64,000 nt of DNA from Trichoplax adhaerens. Its lineage: Eukaryota; Animalia; Placozoa. The stretch is taken from positions 8,216,043 to 8,280,042 of the forward strand of contig NW_002060947.1 in NCBI RefSeq assembly GCF_000150275.1, written 5' to 3'. Shown in pieces: positions 39,839-52,600 of the stretch (position 1 is the first letter of the stretch; every line of letters begins with the position of its first letter). The notes beneath the pieces were generated by a model. The model was not told the origin of the DNA, made no database searches, and saw only the letters and a program-made list of their open reading frames with translations. Made by a program: the position numbers and the translations under genes.

Positions 39839-40706
39839 ATGTCCAGGACAGTTTTTGTCCTGATCACCATACTGCTCATTTACTTAGTTTATGGGGAATC
39901 TCGATCCTTTCATTGTCATACTGCCAAGCAATATTCAAAGTTGGTTGGACAATAATGGGTACAAAAGTGATGTTTTGCACGAAGTAAAGGATGCAGTATT
40001 AGTGGTTGAGCAAGTAGCTCCTAGGCTATTAACAAGACTTTGATGATATTTATCCGTTGCAATTCTGATAAAGCTATTGGCAATATCGTTGCACAAAGAA
40101 GATGGACCAATTCCATCAATTTTTACTCTAGACGCTATCATCAATGTGAAATGTATGCCATAATAACTGGACCAGCCAATGCTTTCTTTTTCTCTCTGCA
40201 ATATCATTTCCTGCCATATCCAACTCGTATCTGAAGATTTATCCAAGCTGTCGAAGCTTGTACCAGAAAACCCAAAGCCAATACTATCGCTCACTCTTTG
40301 GGAGTGATCATGACACATAAAGCTATTCAAGGTGGACCAGCAATGATGCTATCAACGGCGGTTTTACGTTCTTGGTGGCTAATTAACTTATTTCGATTAA
40401 TTTATTGGCTTTGCTGATGCCTATGTTAGTATCGCTTCTTATTCTCTTCCCTGTCAAACAACTCCCACATGCAGTAGTGCTAATGATTTCTATCCTGATT
40501 ATTTGAGTTTTGGTTTTGGTCCATTCGACCTTTCGAAATTTTCAATCGAGTTAAATTCTAATTCAGCTAGAGAAACAACACTGATCTTGACGATATGGAG
40601 CACCGTCAACGAAATAGTTGGTTCTCCAATCTGTGGTAAGCGAATGAGTCGAATTGATAGCGAAACGGTTGAAAAAATCCGTTATTTATTAGCATCTAGT
40701 CATTAA
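39839..40706 (+). pseudogene. Class-2 lipase pseudogene (tandem paralog of 36589-37563)
   Basis: Frameshifted and stop-interrupted homology: signal-like MSRTVFVLITILL, QSWLDNNGYK, NSDKAIGN..RRWTNSINF, AHSLGV, FGPFDLSKF, TIWSTVNEIVG. Confidence 0.88.
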
Positions 40707-42065
40707 CAGCTATGACTGGGCTAATAATATCTGGATTGTACTCACTCGAATTAACAAAACTAGAGTCAGAATTAGAAAGGCTAAATGGCCCCAATTAGCC
40801 AAGTTTTTTAGTAATAGTTATTCGCCGTAATGAATACATTGATGAGCGAAGAATAACTATATCTAGGCAGATTCTATCGGTATTCACTAAATTCTAGTCA
40901 ATTACGATCATTGACTATAAATGCAACAGGAGAAATAGGAAAAATAATTGTACCTAATTTACACTCCATTATGTCGGTATCACTGAGCTAGAGTGGCTTT
41001 AACTTACGGACTCACGATTGCAAGTGGTCTTTATAATGCAGAATTACATGAAATGCATAAACGGTATAATTCGATATCGTACTGTTTAAATTAGTATCTA
41101 TAAACTACATCGAATATAGGAAAATTAAATTTAATTCTTTAGGAATGTATATGTACCCTGACCTAGATTCCGGGTAAATTGTGTCTTACTGAGGGCAATT
41201 TAATATAGCAGTGACTAAATCATCTTTATAATTCGATACCTTATAATTAGTATAATAACATATGCTTAGCATTATACCTTCTAATATGCCAACAGAAAAA
41301 TAGTTATCCAATACATATTCGGTTAAAAAACTGAATGCACTTTTATAGGTTTCATTTTTAATATTATAATATAATGATTTTACAAATTTTAACCCTAAAT
41401 CTAGGTCTAATTTAGATAAAAAATTAAAACATAACTATAAATATGGTAGGATTATTATGCTTTTATACGCTTTTAGCGAAAGCTTTATCCAATAAATACG
41501 AAATTAAATGCTTCTCTTCGAAATATAGTAACTAATATCTACTGATTAGTATATCTGAGGGCACTAATGTAACGACAAAAAACAGAATATAAAATGACAT
41601 TTCAATATCAATATTAATCCAAGTAATTGTTTGTAAATGTACCAAACATATTTTAAAGCTAACACTCTACTTAATTTTTACAACATTTAATTTAAGAATT
41701 TTCTGCAATAACGTTGAGTTGCACACTAACAGTAGTTATGTTCCATTTATGTCTATAAAGTTGAGTAAGAGATTGTCTATTGCATTCTAATCACATTTTC
41801 GTTTAAAATCATTATGACAATAAATAAAATAAATATCCACAAGTAATTACGCTTATATAATCGCAGTAAGATTTATAGAACGAAAGTATCTATCTTGTGT
41901 AATTCTACGTCTTACTTCGTGGTTAATTGCTAGCATTATCAGAAGTACATTAACTTTCTTTTACGTAGCAAAAGCGTGTCTGCATAAAAATAAGACAATA
42001 GCTAATTATTATAGGGAATTACTATTCTCATAGTAGAATCTAAGTTGCACTACATTAAGCAGTTC

Positions 42066-43387
42066 TCACATGAGGAATTCATCAATTATAGTATTAAAGA
42101 CTTTGTTGACATTCAAACCGGTTCTTGCTGATGTTTCCATAAGATCAATTTTGTTTTCATGACTGTATTTTTGTACTTTCTGTAAATTATTAATATAGCA
42201 AAGTATAGTAGTATTAGATACAATGATTTCGATTGCTTAACTAATTTATGGAAGAAAGCTTCCTGCCTAGGTTAATATCTTCTACTTCATACCTCGAGAT
42301 TAATCATCCTTCTACTCTCTAAGTCAGCTTTATTTCCAATAAGCTTCACGTTGATTGGGGGAGTTTTTACTTTATCCAAAGCTTTAATCCAATCCATGGC
42401 CGTGTAAAGTGAATCCTAAAAGCAAGGCTAGCTATGAGGTGATAGATCATTTTCATGCATAACTAAAGTCAAAATTATTTTAAATGAATGAATACTTACC
42501 ATGTTCGTAATATCATAAACGACTATAGCCGCATATTCTCCTCTACAGTGATCAAGTGATAAGCTTTTAAATCTTAATACCCAAAATGAAAAGTTAAGGA
42601 AAGATATTGTATGGAACATATATCTGAATTCAATGACAACATGATTATCACGTCAATGACGATAAACTAAATATGCAGCATCCACTACAAACTGAAATGT
42701 TAAGGATATTTTCATTTCCAGTCATATCCCAGATATTTAGTTTAACTGTAACACCCTTCAGATGGACGGTCTTGTGGCTAAAGTTAGCTACAATACCAAC
42801 AGATTACCAATAAATTCAACTAAAATGATGGTTTTATGCATTTTTAATTAGTATTGGCATCCACTTTAAGCTAAAAGGTTATGAGCATTAATATTCATGA
42901 AGTGAACTAGGGATGAAATTTTAATGCATTAATTTTACTAATATAGGCAGAAATTCTTATATCAATGATGTAGATATAATTTGAATTTAAGAGCTTTTGA
43001 TACTGTTGAATATCATTATTAGCTTGCTGCTAAATTTCGTGATTATTCGTTTCATTCTATAGTAGGCAGATTGGAATGATCATTATTAGCTTTACCTCCA
43101 ATAGTGTTGGGTACAAAAGCTACGTCTTCGTTATTAATAAATTTTTCCACAAGATTAGACTTTCCAACATTATCATCACCTGGTTGGGTACCGTATACAA
43201 TAGAAGTCAGGTTGACATCGAGGTAAGTTTTGATGTAAATAAGTGAAACAAGAAATGTTAATAAATCGATAATGGTTCTAAATACGATAAAGTTACCCAA
43301 TATGATCAGTTTTAAAGTGCATGTTAAATTAGATTGACTGCCAGATTTGGAGCCATAGCCAGATAGCTTCGTAAATTTATCTGCCAT
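42066..43387 (-). CDS. Divergent Rab-family (Rab5/22-like) small GTPase, 6 exons
   Basis: Exons 43387-43297, 43179-43096, 42787-42710, 42573-42500, 42415-42293, 42179-42066. Motifs KLIILGDDNVGKS, NTIG, IWDMTGNERFKSL, AAIVVYDITN, GNKADL, ETSARTG. A short extra exon near 41980-41962 is possible. Confidence 0.82.
42574..42709 (-). other. U12-type (minor spliceosome) intron with AT-AA termini
   Basis: 5' end ATATCCTT (42709-42702) and branch site TTCCTTAAC (42601-42593) 19 nt before the 3' end. Only the ...TTAA| junction restores the frame E-R-F-K-S-L. Confidence 0.85.
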
Positions 43388-45879
43388 ACAAACTTGAATT
43401 TGCAGCAAGCAATATCTTTATTCGTGTATTAGAATATTATACGAAATTTCGCCAAAAAATATATCCAATTCTTAGCAAGCTTCAGCTATTTGTATCAATA
43501 TTAGTCAGGATAAAACCGTTAGCATTTTATTTAGAAGTAAAATCTATAAGAAATATTTTTTATTGCTTTCGTAGTAAGATATAATGTACAAAATTTGCTT
43601 TCGTCGCATTAGCACTTAGTTATTAGCAACCAACTACATATTTAATTTCATCGTGATTTTATATCAGAGAATGAGCTGCTCACTTTTTAGAGCTAGCATA
43701 GATTGCTTCCTTGGTAAAAACTCGATTTTTACTATAATGCTTAATTTACCGTTACGGTATAGAAATCGATACTAAGTAACTGAAATCATGCATTACAGCT
43801 AATGACATCAAAATAATCTGTTATAAAAGTATCGCTATTGGTCTTGCCATAACTACAGTATTGTTTGTCACAAAATTTTTCAAAAATAGTTATGTAATGG
43901 CTTATATGGATCAAATAAGGTCAAGTTGGCCAAAAATGGTGAAAGGCAATTAAATCTTCTCTACGTTACTTATTGAATATTAAATGCTAAATATTTTCTC
44001 TAACCATCTTACGAAAGCTTCATTGAATTAGTGTTTAGAAACCCTAAGGGCACAATATCAATCGTTACTCAACTCAATCTTTCGTCCAATTTATACTGAA
44101 TTGGAAAGCAAGAAAAATATTATTTTCATGGATTGACTTCGATACGCTATCATAATTCAATAGTTAAAACTGACTAAATAAGTTAAGAAATATGTAACTA
44201 AAATAAATATGAAGGTGTCGTCACTTGGTAAATGACCTAGTTGTTACAAGAATATTTCCAGATAATTTTTTAGTATTCACTACTATGGCTTATATCGTGT
44301 GACAAATAGTTTCGATCAATATCCTTATTTCATCTTCATTAAGCTAAGAATTAAAAGTACAATTTCTGTCTCTAGCTAACGTCAGAATTTGACATTAAAA
44401 AATGTCTATAAATACCTTAAAGTCTCGGCTGTATTTCTGTCGTTTTTCATAAGAATTTTAACAGTTTACATTTAACATTGAGTCGATAATTAGTTAATTA
44501 AAAGAAGGCCTATAAGGCAGCATGGTTGGCATCAAGGATTGCTGAAAACCTGTTCTTATAGTAAGGAAATCATACGTCCTACAGAAAAGTCTATTACGAA
44601 AGCGAACATGATTGGCTAATTGTAAAATTGTAAAAAATACCATTTAGAGTATTTAAAATAAAAAGGTAATTGCTCTGTCTATCAGCTTCAAATGCCGTTA
44701 AAAATTTCTTCACAATATTTTAGTGCTATAGATATATTGTAATTATTAGTATCGATATAGTCACTCATACTGAAGTGTAAATTCTATTGAGGCCTGCCGT
44801 CGAACTGTAGTATATCGTCATCAAATTTTGCTGCAACCCTTACTAGTTAGTTTATTCAGCAGTATCATCGGGTCAATAGTGACTACGTTTATACTGTCAT
44901 TTCTTCTAGAAAGCATCCATCTCAATTCAAACGTATTTTTATCTTGCTTCTTAAGTCAAACAAGAGACACATAGACGTGAACTCATAATTTACCTTGTTA
45001 AATCTTAAATTTCAAGAATAGGATAATTATGGAAGTGTTGATTAGATCATCAATAATGCACCCGATGTTGAACAGTTACCACAAATACTTTTAAATCTCT
45101 CCTAGTATAGAGATTGTCGACACAATCGTAAGACACAAACCGTAGAATTTAATGAACAATCTAGCATAGATATTAATTAAGTGATATTACCTTTACATCT
45201 CTTGATGGATCGTAATTTTCAAGGTCAATCATAGTAATACTTTCGTATGAAATCTCACTTATGTTTTAGCAAAAAGTACTTTCTATCGCTCCACGCCCAC
45301 ATTCGCTAGAATAACTTGCTAATCTACTGTGGTGTTATTCTAGAGCCTATACTAAACCTCTTTGGGGTCCTTGAGGCCCCTTATATGCGTTAATGTGGTA
45401 TAGAGTATATACTTCAGGAGGTTAATAAATTAAAAAATAGTAGCAGGCAATTTATTATGACGTATTCAAAGGCTTACAAGCAGATATTAAGTGATTACCA
45501 CATTCATCTATTACTATCCATGAATGCTGAATATACCAAAACAGTACTGTGATATCATGTAAGATGGCAAATAAACCTTGATTTGGAATTACTGAATATT
45601 AGCAACGTCAATTGTGGCTGTTTTACTATTTTAACCACAATTTTTTTAATTGTAAATTTAATAGTCGAAACCATTCTCGTTTTGGTTCGTAGAATAAGTT
45701 CTCGAGCAAATGTAGAGAAGAGAAGGAGGCCAACGTATTAACAAAGCGTAGAACATTTAATAAGATTTAGAGCAATGTGAATAGCCACAATGTACGATCT
45801 CTAGGCGCGCACTGATAGAATATGTCAGCAATATTTGTTATTACAAGTATATTCTTAAACCATTTTAATAATGGGCAGC

Positions 45880-46498
45880 AGAGCTAATAGCGAACCTCCA
45901 ACGGTGGTCTATCGGATAAAATTCAGACTATCTGATGGCCACTATTCATACTAACGTATAATATGAGCTGGTAGGATGACTAAACAGTCATCAGCTAGCT
46001 GCTGCACCAATTAAAGGATATATTATAACAGACATGTGCAGCATTAAAGACATCAACAAATAGATTTTATAAAAATAACAATCCTAGAGGTAGTATATAT
46101 ACGTTTAGAGTAGCTTATTCTGGTGTTCATTAATTCGATATACGGTTATAATCTCTTTATATAATAGTAAAAGACTATTACTCGGTCATTACAATATGTG
46201 TATTAACATTTCGGTAATAGACCTAAGAGCTAATAGAGAACCTCTAACGGTAATCTGTCGAGTAGATTTCTGACGACCTGATAGCTATTGCATGATATAC
46301 TACTGTACAATACAAGACGGCATGATGACCGAACAGCTCACAATCGACCCGATTAAGGTACTTATTATAACAGAGATGGACACTATGACAGTCACCAAAA
46401 GAAACATTTTATGAGAATTATAACCCAAGAGGTAGTATGCACGTTTAGAGTAGGTTGTTCAGTTGTTTATATGCTCGATATAAGGTCGCAATCTCTTT
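45880..46498. repeat. Diverged ~280-bp direct duplication (346-bp spacing) upstream of ECT2L
   Basis: gagctaatag..aacctc, ttataacaga, agaggtagtat, acgtttagagtag and aatctcttt are shared between 45880-46158 and 46226-46498. Confidence 0.85.
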
Positions 46499-46520
46499 CT
46501 AGTCACAAGCAGTTGGCTCG

Positions 46521-46534
46521 GTTGCCATAGAAAC
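46521..46534. promoter_or_regulatory. RFX X-box motif
   Basis: GTTGCCATAGAAAC (reverse complement GTTTCTATGGCAAC) matches the ciliary X-box consensus and lies ~135-155 nt upstream of the ECT2L start. Confidence 0.75.
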
Positions 46535-46668
46535 AACGCTCGTCATGCGTAGGAGAGATGGAATAACGGCACCCAAAAGGAAAAAGACATTGATATGAGA
46601 TTTAAATCGGATAATATATATCGTTAGATTCTCATCGATATTAATATAAACAACGTAGGATAAGCAAT

Positions 46669-49600
46669 ATGAAATCCTCAACTAAATTAATGGAAAATAT
46701 GCCAGTAAGTAGTATGAAAAAGAGTGCATGGACACCTCGGTCCTCACCTGCAAATGAAAAGGTACGATATACACATAGCCTTGGATTAATTCTCTGCAGG
46801 CCATTTACATATTTCGAAAAGAAATTGAGATAGTTTAGATGCTTATACTGATATCGAATACTGTATTCATTTCAACTAATATATATGACTCTATTAGATA
46901 CCGTACTTTCTTTGATTTAATATCTTTATTTAATTTCGATAATCAGCAATGGAATCGGTATCTTTGTATCTATTAAACTCTCATTAAATTATTATTTTTT
47001 TTTTTAGCTATATTTAGAGCGTGTAGAATTGGTTGGCCATTGGGTTAGTTACTCTCAATTCTTGTAAAATGATTTTCAGACTTATGTAAAAATAAAAATG
47101 ACGGATGCTCAAAATTATCGCCTTTGCTTAAGCCCTAGCATGAAAAATGTGTAAATTAGCAATGATAGGGTAGACCTAAAATTTCTTTAACGTAACTACA
47201 GATGGTAAAGTAGGAAGGAGATCATTGTGAACCGCAATGTTGTCCAAGATTTTATCCTAATAGTCAAATAGTCAAACATAATACTCGCTAAAATTACTCT
47301 ACCTAGTACTACAGTGAGCTCCATTTCACTAATGTAATTTGATCTTCAGAAGTTTCCTGATTACCTTGAATACGTCTACTGTATTGTTAATCTTCTGCTG
47401 CTTGAACATTCGCTCTGTTTTCTCATCAAACTAGTTTGATATGTGGTCTGATGTTCAAAGAAAACGCTTTCTCGATTATATCCTACATCGTAGTAAACGA
47501 TCGCAATTGCATTTTGTCGAAAGTTGGTGCGATCACCGTGTTGCTCGTCGAAACCTTGACTTCACCAATCATTTGCCTCGATTTCTTTCGCTGTATATCT
47601 TTTCTTTCTTGGATCCCCGAAGTCTATGCCGAGCTGCTATGGTTTCTTGGAATTGGAAATTTCTAGCTGAACAAGATGCTATTTGGATGCCTAAATGTGT
47701 CCGATATGGTTGGTATCTTCCTTATGCTCCTAGCAGTAGGGAATATGGAGCATGGAAATTTCATTACTTGGCATGCATGACATCGTTGCAAGTCGAAGCT
47801 CCAAGTCAAGATGTGGTTAGTGACAACACCTTATCATAAGACGCTTTGAAACTTAACGTAACCTTTAATGAGCGATATCTATACCTAGATGGTATCTCAC
47901 AATTACCAGAATCTCTTCTTTTTTTGTATTACTCCGAGCTGTGTGTCGAATAACTTATTCGTGCTTTGTTAGGTTGAAATGTATCGACAATTTAACGAAG
48001 TAACACTAGGTGATCATAAATATAGAGGTGAAAAGCAAGGTCGACGAAGTAAAAGTCCAACGAAAATGTCAAGGAAATGTAAGTCCAGCAGTAATCATAA
48101 TCAGCCATATAGTATGGATAGTACGAACTGATAATATGGTGTAATTTAATGATTGTATGAAATCTTAAATTACCAATCAATTTTTCAAAACAACAGCAGT
48201 TGAAGGTCAGCCCTGGTTGGATCCAGATCCTGTTCCTAAAGAAACTCATTTTCAATTCAGCGAAGACTATGATCCTCATACACCATTCAGTGCTGCCCCT
48301 AATTCGTTATTATTAAAGTCTACTGGGAAGCAACGAAGATCAAAAATAGAAGATGTTCCTTCCAAATCATATCAGGTATAATTAAGGATTTAGTTTAATC
48401 AAACTCAAGACAATAAATCAACTTTTATCTAATAATTTAAATTTTTATATCTTAAACTAAATATCAAGGTTGGTGCACCATATGAAGATCCAGAATTATC
48501 ACCGAGGAGTACTTTGTCGAGTCATATTGTTAGAGAAAGCTCCAAGAATCTATTGCTTAATACTGATTATCGTGGAGACTTTCGCATTAAATCAAAAAGG
48601 TAAAACATAATGCCGATGCTATACCATCAATATTGGCTATCTTATAACATTGAACCATTATCGTAATAATATAATTCCCGTATCAGACATGATCTATCAG
48701 GAGGATTTTATCCAAAACTACCAACAAATCAAAGAGATTTGAGAGCATTGAGTTTGGTAAGCTAGTATCTGAATTCGCTACCATATACGCATATTGTAAC
48801 TCAATTATTATTTGTTCTTTTGGTTTCCAATTTGCTTTTTCATACAGAACTTTCCTAATCATGCTAATCCTCGCGTCATTTTTATATCCTCAAGAATTCC
48901 AGCAGCAGAAGTAAGTCTTTTATTTGGTTTATCTTTTCATTTATGATCAAGAACTTTAATAATAGCTCTCTTCTGTATTCTTCTATCTAATTAAAATTTT
49001 ATACTGGATAGCTATTACATGAAGCAGTTATGTTTGGGGTTCTACCAATCGTCTACAGTTATAACAGTACAACTTTAGAAATTTTACTCCAACAATTGCA
49101 CTACGTTCTAAACGGAAGACAGGCTAGGTAACTGGCATGATATTCATAGCCTATTTAAGATAATGTTTGAGTTGTAGTTGACGGAAATTTTTCGCGCAAT
49201 TCATATAAAAGTTAAAGCATGATATTCAAAGTGTGTATTTCTTCTTGCAAATCAGGAGTATCGGATTTTTTGTCCATTATCAACATCCGGGTCAAATTAA
49301 TCTAGTAGCAGGTATGCTTAAACAGAATTTAGAGGTGCAAATTGTGTAGTCATTAATATTAATAGACAAAGCAATTTTTATGAATTCTTTTTAGATAATT
49401 AACAAATTTAAACGTGATTTTAATAGATAAAACAACCTCTGTAAAATCCTTATCGCAAGCGGACATTAAAACATTTTGGGAAACATTATGTGGATTTGTT
49501 GTAGCTGCCGACATTGGTGGTCATGTTGATATTTTTACACCTCTTGCCGATAGTGGTGAGAAACTTTGTTTCTAAGCCGAGGCATTATAAACTTACAGCT

Positions 49601-52600
49601 ACACAACTAATATTTCTTTCGTACGGGCTAACATTACTATTTACAATAATTGACAATTCTAAATATAGAAGAGGGAATGGAGCTTATATTACAGTTAGGA
49701 ATAATTACCGGCATGCAATTCTCAGCTCCAAGTTGTGTTGCGGAATCTTTTATTGATGGTAAGGCACTAACTTAAACTTGGTATTTGAAGCGATCTCTCC
49801 TGTTTTTATTTAAATAGCTAATCATTTGGCGATATTTAATTAATGTAGTAAATAGTGACTGGCTCTTAACTCCGGGCGGAGTTACACCGCCTGCTCTGTA
49901 TTTCCATTTACAAAAGTTAGCAACCTGGTCTTATGTATCGCAACAAGTCAAAGTAAGTACAGGATGTCATTGGAATTTTTACCTTATGCTATATTAAAAG
50001 CATTATTATTGCTAGCTATTTTGAGTAGTCATTAAATCTACTTCAAACTAGTATTAATTCTGATTTCATAATGCTGATTCTTGCAGGAGGCATCGGAATC
50101 TGTACAGAAACACCTTAGTTTATACATCGATCAGCAAAGAAAAGACGTCATTTCTAAGCTTACAGGCAAAATTATATTTGATGCCATGTCTCTGGGCGAA
50201 GTTTATCAAACATCCAAGATAGGAAATCTAATTCGAGATGCTATAATTTCTTTGTCGTCAGCAGAAAATCAGGTTTATCAGTTGTTTAATCATCATTATT
50301 TACCTCTCCAATTATATTGCTAGAAGAACGTGGACAAATTCTAAAATTGATAATTATAATTACCGGATGTAGGATAAAGTTGATACGGCGGCTTATATTG
50401 CTGATTATTTACAAGGCCGACGGGAGAAGGAAGAAAAGAAGAAGAAGAAAAAGAAGAAGAAGGAAAAGGTAGGATAGTAATTAATCAATACAGAAGAAAT
50501 TTAGCATCTCCCGATTTTGCATAACTAAATCATCTATCAAAAGAGGACATTTGACACATTATCGTACCAGCGGAAGTGATGGTGCTAGTGAAATCCAACA
50601 TATGCGTATAATTTACTTAGAATTGTTATTTATTCTGCAGACCAACAACGATGAAGACCATGCAGAAGAAGAAGATCAACGTCTAGAAGAAGAAGAAGAA
50701 ACTGATCATGATGATAAGCAAGAAAAAATAGAGGTCTCCTTCTCCTGACTATTGCATGTATCTAAATTTATGATAGCATGATAAAAATATTGCAGATCAA
50801 AGTAACTTATGGACATATGAAGGGATAAGTGTTTGACTTGTCTAATGCTACATCTTTTAGCATTCAAAACTACCGCAATTTTATTACCAACCAATAACAA
50901 TTAGTCCAAATTTTATGTCGATTTACAGTTGTAATAAGTCTCCTAATTTATTTTGTAAAGGTTGAGCTTGACAAATTAACGGTACATGCTACCAATTTCA
51001 ACTCAGAAATGCCTTTCTTGTTTTCTGAATTAATTATTTACTTTATGTTATATAGGAAGAAGACAAGAAATCGGAAGAGAGGAGAACGTTAATTGTACAT
51101 GAATTATTTTCAACGGAATTGAATTATATGCGAACTCTAGAGATTATTGAAACCGCTTTTGTTAATCCACTTAGAGCAGCAATGGGTTCAAACAAGTAAG
51201 CAATCACAAATTGTTATGTAATATATTTTAGCTATTTATGATTAAAGTGATTACTGGTTTGAGAAAATAATTATTTGAAATTGAAATTTGATAGACCAAT
51301 AATTAGCTCCTCCAACATTCAACTCATTTTTGGCGATATTTTGGCAATTTTGAATATTAGCAGGTAGTTTATGGCATAGTTTAATATTTCTAACTTACAT
51401 TTAACTAAGAAAGTCGTTTCCTAATGTAGCGAATCTTTCTTGAGGCTAAGATGATTGTAAAAAATTAAAATGTTACAGACTTATGAGTATTGTCACTTTT
51501 CATCAATTACAGAGGTTTATTAGAAGATCTTACTCCTAGAGTTCGATCGTGGACTTCAGAACAAGTTAGTATTGGTATATTTTAGATTGATCGATACATT
51601 ATTTCAAGTTCCGAAGTATTCATCAAAGAGATATGATAAGTTCTAATCAACTTTAAGTTCTTAATTAAACTTCAAACTGATCATCACCAATCAATACTGA
51701 TAGGTTATTGGCGACATTTTCCGAAAGTTTACTGTGAAATTGAAAACGTATACCAATTATATTAATAATTATACGGTGACATTATCGACCATTGAAAAGG
51801 TTAGGGATTTGACAGTAAAATAAAAATATCATTTATGGATCTAAGGTCTAAAAATGGCGTGGAATTATGACTAATTTTGCCAATTTTTGCAAACTGAGCA
51901 TTCCAGAAATAATTTTATAGCCTTCGTTACACAGTAGATGGTCTTATTGATGAGGTTTTAAAAAGACATAATTCTAATTTAACTTCTTGTATTATTTTTA
52001 TGCTTTTATTTCTTTACGGAATATGCTTGGATTGTGGCTATCTTAGTGTCAAGAACAATTTCCAGGGTTTCGAGTATTTTTAAAGAGGACGGAACGGAAA
52101 ACACAGACCAAAATGCTTAGGTAAGGTTCTGTTGTGAACACCTTTGTGTCAATAATATTATTTCCGGTTTGACAATTGCTCTACGCTTAAATTAGTTAAT
52201 TTACAACCCTCATTTTCAGTTACGTGTACATTAGAGTTGTTACCAGTATTGCATTAAATTAAAAAGTAAATAGCTGTAAACGTTAGTAGTAAGTCTTTAT
52301 TGCATTACAACAATTAGTTCGTCGATATATTGACATGATATAAGCCGCAACTCCATCGATTTTAAATATTCACTGAAATTTTATAACAGAAAGAATACTG
52401 CTGCTTAATATTCATACTAGTACATATAGCTTTCTTAAACAGAATAGTAAGATCAGCGAAGAACTTTTACTTATAAAGTACAAAAATTAATATATTAATT
52501 GTTCATTTATGGTCAATATTTTCAGCTTAAATGAGTTGCTAATCCTGCCCACTAATCGTATTGAAGGGTCAGTACTAGACTTGAATACTTCACGTTGTAT

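Noticed and set aside
43619-43630. Second X-box upstream of the Rab-like gene (GTTATTAGCAAC)
   Set aside because: Only one good half-site, and spacing and sequence deviate from the consensus.
45352-45425. Short imperfect inverted repeat ending in ...gaggttaa (piggyBac/MITE-like)
   Set aside because: The arms match poorly, there is no clear TTAA duplication on both sides, and there is only one copy in the window.
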